IMG/VR virus record: IMGVR_UViG_3300036861_000887
Location: 1-61,345 of that record
Direction: 5' to 3' (one strand)
Source: a virus
Taxonomy: Duplodnaviria > Caudoviricetes
Length of the DNA: 61,345 bases
Shown here: positions 9,832 through 19,090 of the stretch, in pieces
Layout: each line of letters starts with the position of its first letter
Position numbering within the stretch: the first letter of the stretch is position 1
Translations under genes and position numbers: made by a program
Notes under the pieces: generated by a model
Database searches by the model: none
The model's input: only the letters and a program-made list of their open reading frames with translations
Told to the model about the DNA's origin: nothing

Positions 9832-12705
9832 TTAGCCTTCAAGGTCAACATCAATAGACCCAATATATGCCAGCAAAACGGCCCCAAATGGGGCTGATGA
9901 TTCTATAACCACCTGTCCGTCCTTGTCCCACCCCATGGGTGTCACCTCCAGCCAACCGGAATAGGGCGCTTGCCCTTGTCCGGCGGGCATCCCGCTCTGG
10001 ACAGTGGGGAGGGATTGCCCCGCCACCGTCAGGCCCAGCGCGTCATGGACCAAGACGCTCGCCTGCACTACGCGCTTCTGGCGCGTCCTTATACTTCCGG
10101 CCTGTGGCAAATCGGGCGGGAGTGGCCTGGCCCGCGACGTAAACGGCAAGCCTGCCACCGCCGTAGACACGGCAACCGGCAGTGTCACTTCGCCATCCTC
10201 AACCGTAAATGTCCCAAGGTCCCCACCATCACCGACCACATTTATTTCCCTGCCCTGTAAGTGTTCCAAGCCTGTGAGCACGGCGGTTGGCGTCTCAAAG
10301 GTGAAAATCTTGGCACAGTCCAAGTAGCACCCCATCTGCCCAGTTAAGGGTTCCTCAGGGAGGAAAATTTCGAAATACTCCACATACCGCTTGGACTCCC
10401 CATCAATGAGCCGCCGCACAATCACCCACACCTGCGTGGCGTTGCGTGTCGGGTGGGGAATCGCGGCGACCGATTCAAACTGCCCCAGCGTGCTATGCCG
10501 GTGCCAGCCAATGACATTTTCCGTGAGGTCATACGTGAGCCCCAGCAGGATTCCATCGCTGCGTACCGCCCAGACAATGGGAATCGGCTCCGGGGCGTAG
10601 ATCATCTGATCCAAGACCTGCTGATTCTCCAGGAGATGCCCGCTCAAAATGGTGAGGTCGCGCGGGTCAAATTTCTCGGTCTGCGCATTGAACTGGAGTT
10701 CCCAGAGCTTCGACCCCCCGCGTTGCACCAGGAGAATGCTGCGCGCGGTGAGCAGCGGCGCAATGGCAGCAGAGCCCAGCATGCTCCCCTGCCGCACCTT
10801 AGGCGGGTTGATGGGGGTAATGGGGTCATCGTTCGTCCCGGTCAACCCATATTCGGCATGCGTGGTCCCCACAATCAGCCGATCGGAGGGGAGGATCCAG
10901 CGAATCTGATTCAGCGTGATATTGCCCCCGGCCTGGGTGATGGCCAGAATGACCGCGTCATCCGCATGTGTCCCCCGCGCGAAGTTGAACAAGCCATCCA
11001 CTTCACTTTCCCAGATGTGCTGCGGGAAGCCGCGGGTGCCCGCAAACACCAGCCGCCCTTCAAAGAGCATGGTGGTGACCGGATACCCGTTTGACCCAGT
11101 CCACACCCGGTCCTCCAAGGTCCAGGCCCCCGGGGCAGCGGCATCAGCGGTGGTCAGGGCAATCAGCAGTTGCCCCCGCGCTTTGGTCGCATCCTCCACG
11201 GCCAAAATCTTCACGAGCCCCCCGTTGAGATACACCCACTTGCCGACGTCGTCGCTACGCCACCCCTCGGCGCTGTACAGCTTGCAGGACACATCGTCCA
11301 CCACGGCCAGATAATCCTGATTGTTGCGCCATTGCAGGAATGTCGCGGTGGTTGTGGCGGTGAAAATGACCACATGCGGCTCCGCTTGCACAGGGTACGT
11401 TTGCTCCGCCTGAATATTGTCGTCCAGGCTGGTGGAGCCAATTTGCAGGCTGGAGGGGTTGAGCCGGTTGACCCAGGTCAGGCGGTAGCGCCGGCCCACC
11501 ACAGTCACAATGTCCTGCTCACGCCAGCCAATGCCCGCAGCACCCCCGTGTAGGCGTAACTCCCCGCCGGTAATCTGCGCCGTGCCGGTGCCATCGATGC
11601 TGTACACATCCCCATTCTGCCAGTCGTTACCCGCGCCACCGCCCAACGTCGGATCAAGGGTGATGGTATCGTTGGGGTTTGTCGTCGTCCCAATGGTATC
11701 GACCACCCCCTGGCTCCCATCGGTCACATTCCTGGCACGGTGCGTCTGCAGCACGCCTGCCCCGGTAAAGTCCGTCGTCGTGTCAATCAGCGTGGGCAGG
11801 CCGTTGCCGCCGTTGTGTGTGCCGGTCACAATGACGGGGCCGCTGCGGTCATCCCAGCCGGTCGCACTGGCGAACTTCCCATTCTGCACCAGCTCGGGCT
11901 CGTCCTCCTGGATCAGTTGCAAGTCCAGGTCGATGCGGGCACCCGCTGGCGTTGCGGCAGAGGGCTTCAGTTCCGCAGCGGGAGACGCTAAGAGCTGCCA
12001 GTCCCCCGCCGCAAGAGGCGTCAGGTCGTCAAAGGCATCCAACACCTGGGCATCGACGACTGTGGTAGAGGTGAAGGCGGTAATGATGACGCGCGCCGTC
12101 CCTGCGGTGAGTTGGCGCCCGACGTCGGTTTCCAGGAACACGGGGGCACTGGCCGTCAGGGTAATGTCCCCACTCACGCCATCCGGCGTCAGGGTAGCAG
12201 CGGGGAACAGGCCCGTCTCATAGGTTGGTGGGGGATCAAAGCGTATCGGGCGAAAGTCCCACTCCAGGCCGGTTTCTTCTATCCGGGTGAGGCGATAGGG
12301 TGGATTCCCTGCATGGACGAAAAACATCAGATCATTGGCCTGTACGGTCCGCAAGACCGCCAATTCCTCTGCCTGGTAGGGCGTGACCACTTCGACTGGG
12401 ACATTCGCCACCTCGACCCGCGCACTGTTGGTATAGAAGCGCAGATACTCTTCGCCCACCTCCAGGATGTATGCGTCGTCCACCGAGGCCTCAAAGGAGA
12501 GGAGCAGCGTGTCGTCTGCTGAGTCCTTCACCTCCGCGACAAACACCGTCCCCGAGCGCCGCATGAGCCCGCCCTGGAGCAGCACGAGCCAGTTGCTCAC
12601 CGTCTCCGCCCCGTTCTGGTAGCGCGGGTGCTCACTCCTGCCCCGCATCAGGGGCGACAGCTCCCCAGACGAGAAATTGTTTTTGAACGGGTAGAGTTTG
12701 GCCAT
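9832..12705 (-). CDS. Tail nozzle (tail tubular protein B, T7 gp12/P22 gp10-like) with internal insertion
   Basis: NNFSSGELSPLMRGR...QGGLMRRSGT N-terminus, GYP...FEGRLVFAG, and VIGWHRH motifs. Confidence 0.9.
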   Translation of the reverse strand: MAKLYPFKNNFSSGELSPLMRGRSEHPRYQNGAETVSNWLVLLQGGLMRRSGTVFVAEVKDSADDTLLLSFEASVDDAYILEVGEEYLRFYTNSARVEVANVPVEVVTPYQAEELAVLRTVQANDLMFFVHAGNPPYRLTRIEETGLEWDFRPIRFDPPPTYETGLFPAATLTPDGVSGDITLTASAPVFLETDVGRQLTAGTARVIITAFTSTTVVDAQVLDAFDDLTPLAAGDWQLLASPAAELKPSAATPAGARIDLDLQLIQEDEPELVQNGKFASATGWDDRSGPVIVTGTHNGGNGLPTLIDTTTDFTGAGVLQTHRARNVTDGSQGVVDTIGTTTNPNDTITLDPTLGGGAGNDWQNGDVYSIDGTGTAQITGGELRLHGGAAGIGWREQDIVTVVGRRYRLTWVNRLNPSSLQIGSTSLDDNIQAEQTYPVQAEPHVVIFTATTTATFLQWRNNQDYLAVVDDVSCKLYSAEGWRSDDVGKWVYLNGGLVKILAVEDATKARGQLLIALTTADAAAPGAWTLEDRVWTGSNGYPVTTMLFEGRLVFAGTRGFPQHIWESEVDGLFNFARGTHADDAVILAITQAGGNITLNQIRWILPSDRLIVGTTHAEYGLTGTNDDPITPINPPKVRQGSMLGSAAIAPLLTARSILLVQRGGSKLWELQFNAQTEKFDPRDLTILSGHLLENQQVLDQMIYAPEPIPIVWAVRSDGILLGLTYDLTENVIGWHRHSTLGQFESVAAIPHPTRNATQVWVIVRRLIDGESKRYVEYFEIFLPEEPLTGQMGCYLDCAKIFTFETPTAVLTGLEHLQGREINVVGDGGDLGTFTVEDGEVTLPVAVSTAVAGLPFTSRARPLPPDLPQAGSIRTRQKRVVQASVLVHDALGLTVAGQSLPTVQSGMPAGQGQAPYSGWLEVTPMGWDKDGQVVIESSAPFGAVLLAYIGSIDVDLEG

Positions 12706-12825
12706 ATTGCGTGCTACCCTATCTACGACGCTGTTGTGCTCAAACGGGGACCTCCCGTACAGGAGTGAGTCCGTGGCAGCGTCCGGGCGGGCTGTCCTGT
12801 GTACGCAGGCGCCCGCCCATCTCTG

Positions 12826-13035
12826 TTATGTCCCCAGGGGTCGATCATTGTTCACCCCTATCGGAAATCCCGTGACGCGTGTCTGCGACACAGAAAACCT
12901 CCGCCGCACCCGTTGATTCTCCGTCCCAATCGCCCGCTGCGCCTCTGTGTCCGTGGGTGGTGCGGGCGGGGGTGTGGCCGCTGGCGGCGGGGCAGGCGCC
13001 GGGGTCTTGGGGAGTATCGGGGATCCGCCTCCCAT
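12826..13035 (-). CDS. Small Pro-rich virion-associated hypothetical protein
   Basis: 69 aa, AAAGGAG RBS; MGG-x-P-rich small genes are common in this position. Confidence 0.5.
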   Translation of the reverse strand: MGGGSPILPKTPAPAPPPAATPPPAPPTDTEAQRAIGTENQRVRRRFSVSQTRVTGFPIGVNNDRPLGT

Positions 13036-13046
13036 GGGTGTCTCCT

Positions 13047-13664
13047 TTAGTCGCGCACGCGCACCAGGCCACTACTCAGGGGCACGGTGCGCGCACTCTG
13101 CTTACTATCTTTTTTTGTCGCTTCGTTGAGCCAGAACTGCATACTCTGCGTCATGGCCTGCCACTTTGCCCCCTGCCCGGTCACCGTCAACGCGAGATCG
13201 GCGGCGAGTTTGTAGGCCAACGCCTGGACGGCAATTTCGTTCCACTCGCCTGTGTTTTCCCGGCGGAATGTGCAGCGAGCCACGAGGCGCGGGGCGGTGT
13301 CACCCGTGGAGATAAGGCCGGGAGCGTGGGTATAGATGACTGTCTGGTTTCCGACCGGATCAAAGCCCAGCTCCCATTCGTCCTCGCCCTGATCCAGGCT
13401 CCAGACCATGAGCGCTTTCGGGAGATTCGGGGGGAAGTTGTACATCTTCGTCCATGGCCCCGGAGGCGGATCGGCCAGTAAGGTCAAACGGACATAGCCT
13501 GTGGCAAACGACCAGGCATACAGGGAGAGAACGGTATCCAGCGCGGAAGGGAAGAGGCGTTGACACGTGACGGCAAGCGGCGTAGTCGGGGTGTCCATGT
13601 CCACTATGGGCGATTGCCCAAGGAATCCCAGGGCCAGATTCACGATGCCAATGGGTGCAGTCAT
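13047..13664 (-). CDS. Head-tail adaptor (tail tubular protein A, T7 gp11-like)
   Basis: IVNLALGFLG...WSFAT...ALAYKLAADLA motifs; synteny. Confidence 0.85.
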   Translation of the reverse strand: MTAPIGIVNLALGFLGQSPIVDMDTPTTPLAVTCQRLFPSALDTVLSLYAWSFATGYVRLTLLADPPPGPWTKMYNFPPNLPKALMVWSLDQGEDEWELGFDPVGNQTVIYTHAPGLISTGDTAPRLVARCTFRRENTGEWNEIAVQALAYKLAADLALTVTGQGAKWQAMTQSMQFWLNEATKKDSKQSARTVPLSSGLVRVRD

Positions 13665-13703
13665 AGCGCCTCAGTGGGGAGGGAGGGCCCTCCCCCGTCT
13701 GCC

Positions 13704-14225
13704 TTAGGCCATATAGGCGATAAACCCGTCAATGGTGGCCGCTGCCAAGGGCGCAGCGCCCGCAATGGTTGCGGTGATCTCGACATCCGACCGGCTATTA
13801 AACTCCCGATGAATCAGGGCCGCCGGAATCTGAATCAACGTATTGGTCGTGCCCACCGTGGTCACCTGCCCAAAATAGAGCATCACGGCGGCATTACTGA
13901 TGTCCAGGCCGTCAATGAGCCCGTCCGGATCGGCAACCACGGCCGCCCCAGTCGGGTCCACGTAGGCCGCCCACCCGACGTCAAGCACCGTGCTCGCCGA
14001 CCAGGCGGACACGTAGATATAAGACAGCGGCAGCAAGATGCGCGAGCCCGCAGGGAGCCGACACAGATAGACCAGATCGCCGTCCGTGCCCGTTGCAGCC
14101 TGCGTGTAGGAGAAAATTTTCCCCCGCACATTGCTTTGCTTATTCCGATGCACCGCCACATCGGGCGGGACTGTCCGGTAATTGAGGGTGTATTCCGTGC
14201 TGTAGTACGGTCCAACGGTTGCCAT
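13704..14225 (-). CDS. Capsid decoration/cement-like protein
   Basis: Directly after the capsid gene; beta-rich, with LCRLPAGSRIL and LDVGW...ADPDGL motifs. Confidence 0.6.
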   Translation of the reverse strand: MATVGPYYSTEYTLNYRTVPPDVAVHRNKQSNVRGKIFSYTQAATGTDGDLVYLCRLPAGSRILLPLSYIYVSAWSASTVLDVGWAAYVDPTGAAVVADPDGLIDGLDISNAAVMLYFGQVTTVGTTNTLIQIPAALIHREFNSRSDVEITATIAGAAPLAAATIDGFIAYMA

Positions 14226-14239
14226 ATATCTCCCCTCCC

Positions 14240-15172
14240 TTACACTTCGGTGATATCGACAGCGAACACTGCCGATTCCCGCAAGCGGACCGCGTTACAG
14301 CTATAATTGACCGTCACTTGCCAGGGCAACCCGACCATGTCCTTGCGCTGGCTGATGTCAATGGCCATCTCCTTCCACACGCTCATGCCAATGGCCGATT
14401 TGTGCCAGAACAGGCACCGCCGGGTGGTACTGGTCAGCGTGAGCAGGTTGGTGACCCGAATCCGGAAGCCCATAAAGTACGGGATGTAGCCCTTCACCAG
14501 GGGCATGCGGCCGTCAATCGGGTCAATGTAGTAGTCGCTATTGGTGGTTTGCGCCATGCCCAGGAGCTGTTCATGGGCCTGGGGGGAAATCGCGGCGACA
14601 AAGCTATCAATGCCCTGCCCGCCTTCCATATCCTCAATCATTTCCTCGGTTTCATTGAAGATCCGGCGCATCTGCCGGAAGACGCCTTCCGTCATGCCCG
14701 TCGCCGTCGCATCAATGACTCGTCCCGCCCCGCCCGTGGTATAGGCGCTAGTGTTAAACGCCAGCTCCGTGTTGCCGTTCTTCCCGGTGTACGCAGTCCC
14801 GGTCACCGCTGCGAGGACCACCCGATCCCGGCGGCGGACGGCCGCATAGGCGGCACTGCGGATATAGTTCCGCTGCGGATCAATCAGCATCGCCAGTTCG
14901 TCCTGGGTGCGGAAGCCTTTCCGCCATTCCCAGTCGCGCTTCCAGACGCTGCGCCGTTGGTGGTCCGCATCTTCCAGGCTGGCGGGCGTAAACCGCTCGC
15001 CGGTAATTTCACGGTCTTCCGTCTGCGACATCTGTTCAAAGGTGTCGCGCTCTCCAACAATCCCCGACTGCACCAGGGTATGCGCCGCAAACCGAGGTGC
15101 GGTTTGCTGCGCGAGGTGCGTGACCAACGTCGAAAACGAGGTCACAAAGGCATTATTAATTGTTTCCGCCAT
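14240..15172 (-). CDS. Major capsid protein
   Basis: 310 aa; INNAFVTSFSTLVTHLAQQ, MLIDP...AAYAAVRRRDRVV, YFMGFRI and AVRLRESAV motifs typical of this podoviral capsid family; follows the scaffold. Confidence 0.9.
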   Translation of the reverse strand: MAETINNAFVTSFSTLVTHLAQQTAPRFAAHTLVQSGIVGERDTFEQMSQTEDREITGERFTPASLEDADHQRRSVWKRDWEWRKGFRTQDELAMLIDPQRNYIRSAAYAAVRRRDRVVLAAVTGTAYTGKNGNTELAFNTSAYTTGGAGRVIDATATGMTEGVFRQMRRIFNETEEMIEDMEGGQGIDSFVAAISPQAHEQLLGMAQTTNSDYYIDPIDGRMPLVKGYIPYFMGFRIRVTNLLTLTSTTRRCLFWHKSAIGMSVWKEMAIDISQRKDMVGLPWQVTVNYSCNAVRLRESAVFAVDITEV

Positions 15173-15329
15173 CTCGTCTGCCCTTTACCGAAAGGGCCTC
15201 GTCCATCACGACAGACGCGCGGGTGCCCGGTCTGTCTTGCACGTGTCGTGTGCTCTCCGCCGTGTCTTTCCACGGGGTCAGCCGGGACACTCTTGCAGGC
15301 GTGTCGCTCCAGCAGTGCCATGGCCCTCG

Positions 15330-16313
15330 TTAGCGGGTGAGGGCGCCCCGGTCGCCACTCAAGGCGAGCATTTTGCGGACGGCCGCCTGGCGCGCATCCG
15401 GCGATTGTTTCTCGTCCAGTGCCACTCCGGCCCACTTATCCAGTTCGCCCTGCAGTTCCTCCGCCGTCGGCAAGGGGCTAAACTGGCTCTCCAGCCCCAG
15501 CATCTCGGGCTCACTGCCCCACCGCTGCGTGGCCAGGGCAAAGAACTGCACAATGTCGGCGTCGTTCAGCACCTTCCCGCCATCGGGTAACCGGGCCTCC
15601 CGCAGCTTCTCTGCCACAGACTTGCCCAACTCGGTGTCTTGCGTCAGGCGCTGGAAGAACGCGGTCGCCCGCCCTTCCTCGGTGCGCGTACTGGCGCCGA
15701 AGCGGGTATAGCGCTCGCGCTGCTGCCCCTGTTCCACCTCGGCCATCTGGGCATCCAGCACATTGCGGGCATTGGCTTCCATCCTGGCATACAGCCCCAG
15801 CACGGATTCCACTTGTTTCGCAGTCATCCCCTCGACATAGGCTTGCTCGTAGAGTTGCTGGATCAGGCTGTCATCCCAGGCGGCGGCTGGTTCCCCCTCA
15901 GGACCTTTCGGCAACTCGGGCAGCTTCACGAGGTCCTTATAGCCCACAGGCTTTTCCGGGTAGCCAGGCAACTGCTTGTAGTACGCCTGCCATTCCTCCG
16001 CCTTCGCATCCTGAGCCGGTAACCGCACTCGGCGTGTCATCTCCCCCCGCCACCCCAGTGCATCCCGCACAAAATGGTTGGGGTCTTTGTAGACGTTCAG
16101 CGTTTTGGTCAGGTCGGGATTGCCACGGATTTCATCACTCAACCCCTGGCGCCAGTCCATCGCGTCATACGTCTGCACACCAAACCGGCCGCTCGCATCT
16201 CGTGCGGTGCCCGGCGTCTCTCCGGCAGCGGGTGGGGTCTCGCCAGCGCCCGCGCCGGCCCCGGCATCCGTCCCAGCTTCTTCGGCCATAAGTGGCCACC
16301 GTCGTAAGAACAT
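15330..16313 (-). CDS. Capsid scaffolding protein
   Basis: Ala/Gly-rich N-terminus, DWRQGLSDEIR, EEWQAYYKQLPGYPEKP and GMTAKQV motifs; directly upstream of the capsid gene. Confidence 0.8.
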   Translation of the reverse strand: MFLRRWPLMAEEAGTDAGAGAGAGETPPAAGETPGTARDASGRFGVQTYDAMDWRQGLSDEIRGNPDLTKTLNVYKDPNHFVRDALGWRGEMTRRVRLPAQDAKAEEWQAYYKQLPGYPEKPVGYKDLVKLPELPKGPEGEPAAAWDDSLIQQLYEQAYVEGMTAKQVESVLGLYARMEANARNVLDAQMAEVEQGQQRERYTRFGASTRTEEGRATAFFQRLTQDTELGKSVAEKLREARLPDGGKVLNDADIVQFFALATQRWGSEPEMLGLESQFSPLPTAEELQGELDKWAGVALDEKQSPDARQAAVRKMLALSGDRGALTR

Positions 16314-16357
16314 GTGCTATGCTCCTCAGAAAGACTCTTGGTGTTCTACCTGAGCAC

Positions 16358-16395
16358 AAAAAAAAGGGCCGTGGCGGCACGTGCCACGGCCCTTT
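16358..16395 (-). terminator. Intrinsic terminator
   Basis: Minus strand reads AAAGGGCCGTGGCAC-GTGCC-GCCACGGCCC followed by a run of T. Confidence 0.7.
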
Positions 16396-16456
16396 CGCTG
16401 GCGGCGCTCAACTCAACTAGCTAGGCTGAGGAACACCAAGAGTTGTTTCAACCGTC

Positions 16457-17554
16457 TTACTCGATATACTCCTCAATCGTCACTTGCTGCGCCTTCTCAG
16501 TCGGATGCACCACGACAATCACCAGTGTCTTAGTCGTTGTCGCCGTAATCCGCATCACCTCCCAGTCCTCGGCAAGTGCTATAATGGGATAGAGGTCTTT
16601 CTGTAACGCCTCGTCCGGTGTCATACCCCTCCTCCAAACCACTTGGGTTCCACCCGCCGCAGGACATACAGCGGGTCAGGCACTTCCCACCCAATCCCGA
16701 CGGGCGTGTCCTCGCGCACATACTGCACCTGGATCGGCTCCCCAAACAACGGGTACTCCGTCTCAGGATGCTCCAAGACGATCTCCGCATCCCCATACAG
16801 GGCAATCAGGCCTTGGAGTTGTGTCACGAGTTGGCTGGCACGCATCCTCATACTCCACCGGCTTCCGACTCGGGTTCCGCGTCTTCTTCGTCGCCACGAT
16901 ATTGCTCCCAGTGCAGTGTCAGGGGGGTCTGTGCGGCAAAGTTCGTTATCACAATCTCCCCTGTCGTCGTCAGAACAATGGTGCCATCGAATAATACCGT
17001 CGCCGCACTCCCAGGGGGAATATCGGCCACATGCACCGCCCCAGGAAGACGCCTCGGTCTCCTCATCCCTGCAACTCCTTCGGCAGCCGGGGCACGATCT
17101 CTACCGGGTGCGTCTCCTTCCACTGCGCCCATTGGTCCTTCAACGTCTCCTTGCAGGCAATGTGCACGCCATTTAGGAGCAAGCGGTGGACCTCCGACCA
17201 ATGGGGCACGCCTTGAAAGGAGAGTTGCCGGACATAGAGCTGCCCGTGCGCATCCACCGCCAAGGACAGGGTGATGAAGCCCTGCGGCGCGGCCACCTGG
17301 TCGATACCGTTTACGTCAGGCATTTACGCCTCCGGGACTGCTGGCAAGGCCGAAACAGGTAGCCACCAGCGAAAGTTCATAGTATTGCCATCAACCATAT
17401 CGAGCCACGTGTCATAATCATACCGGCAACTGACGATACGCCCTATCAACGTGGTCCAGTCAAAGCCCTCCGCGACCACCACAAGGATATACGGCGTGGC
17501 AGTTGGGTCAGGCTCCTGCACCTGTCGATCAATCCACCTCAACTCGTCCGCCAT
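16457..17554 (-). other. Run of about five small coupled hypothetical ORFs (e.g. 16621-16851, 17063-17323, 17324-17554)
   Basis: Abutting or overlapping start/stop codons on the late strand; no recognisable domains. Confidence 0.5.
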
Positions 17555-17808
17555 TCCTGCAAGTCCTTCAGCAGGTTGATAATTTCCATGTGCCCCACCC
17601 GCCGGTACGTATCATATGGGGTGTCACTGTAGATCGACGTGCGCGCCACTCGCTGTAGCGTCCCCGCTGGTGTTTGTTCCGTCACAATCTCCCGCCGTTC
17701 CACATATCGCGCCTCCAGCCACTCCAGCAGCATCTGCCCATCTCCCGTGTTGAGCAGCCGCGCCATGTGGCCGTAGAACGTTGCCAGGTCCTCGGAGGGC
17801 TCAGACAT
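17539..17808 (-). CDS. Bbp19-like small head-module protein
   Basis: LLNTGDGQMLLEWLEARY...YDTYRRVGHMEII resembles the small protein usually found between portal and scaffold. Confidence 0.55.
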   Translation of the reverse strand: MSEPSEDLATFYGHMARLLNTGDGQMLLEWLEARYVERREIVTEQTPAGTLQRVARTSIYSDTPYDTYRRVGHMEIINLLKDLQEWRTS

Positions 17809-17816
17809 CGCAATCC

Positions 17817-19090
17817 TCAAAATGTGGAGGCCAGCTCATCTTTCCACATCCCCTGTTCATGCAGGTGCGGCGCCTCACACGGCCCAAACCATGCGGCCAG
17901 AATCGCTCCTGGCTCTACCGGTGGCTGCCAGTGCAGGTAGTACTCCACGCAGGTACAGCCGCACACAAAATGCCACACATACGCGGGCCGCGACTCGTCC
18001 CAGGCCGCCTGCGGCACACTCATCGCGCCTCCCGGCGGGCTTTCGCCCGGGCCATGGCTGCCAGGGACTCCTCCAGCGTGGGATCATTCGCCACCTCGGT
18101 GGCATAGTCCACTTCGAGCGGCTCCGCCTCCCGTGTAAACAGGTGAGGAGGGAGCGTCCAGAGCCGCACGCCAAAGAGCCGCCGCAACTCCTGAAATCGT
18201 TCAACCGTCATGCTCGGCAGGGCCGGAGCAGGGGTGGAGGCACTGGAAGCCTCACGCGCTGGCAGCGCAACGCCCCACATCGCCGCCAGCGCCTGTTCTT
18301 GGGCCGCACGGACGTCGTAGCCATAGCTATAGCCACTCGGAGGGAGTCCCAGACGCGCCGAGATCTCGGCGTCCTGCAACTGGGCTGCGGCCCGGGCGAT
18401 CTCCGCGACTATCCGCTGTTCCCACGCGCGGATCCGCTCCGACTGGGCCAGATCTTCGGCGCTGCGATGGAGAGTGGACAACGCACACATCCTGGGCCGT
18501 TCGCTCATAGCCCCTCCTTCGGCACACACTCGATATGCTCGTAGATATACCGCAGCACCTGACACCGCGACAGCAGCGCTACCTCCCCGTCCGTGTCAGC
18601 GGGCAGCGCGTCCAGCACGGCGTTGAGTACCGCCAGCGTCTCGGTAATGAGCTGCGGCAGCGGGATCTGGCGCGTGGCGTGTAAGGTGTCCAGGGCAGTG
18701 TCTAGACTCATATCATAGAGACCTTCATGAAAAAGCCAATGGCGTGAGACCCACTTTCCAGATGGCGGATCCAGGCGGCCGTGTGGGCCGCCTGCCCCCT
18801 CCGCAGCGTCCCCCTCCGCAGCGTCCACCGCTTGGCTTTCTGCGTCCGGCGTTGGTGTGGACTCATGCTGCCTGTGCCTCCTGTGTCGCCAGCCACTTGT
18901 TCCACTTGTTCCACGCATGTTCCCGGGCGGCCGGGGTATACGCCTGGCGGGGTGGCCAGACAGATCGAAACCACCAGCGCGTGGCGCCTGCCGTGACCGT
19001 AACAGCATAGACCCACGCATCCTCGGGATAGGTGGGATACAGAGGGGCAAGGGGTGCAATCGGTTCCCACGACTCCTGCCACTGTATCAT
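17817..19090 (-). other. Run of small coupled hypothetical ORFs (17817-18023, 18020-18508, 18505-18710, 18708-18866, 18863-19090)
   Basis: ATGA-type coupling on the late strand; no recognisable domains. Confidence 0.5.

Noticed and set aside
18795-18824. 15-bp tandem duplication CCCCCTCCGCAGCGT x2
   Set aside because: Only two copies, in frame within a tiny ORF (TLRRG twice); most simply a slippage duplication.
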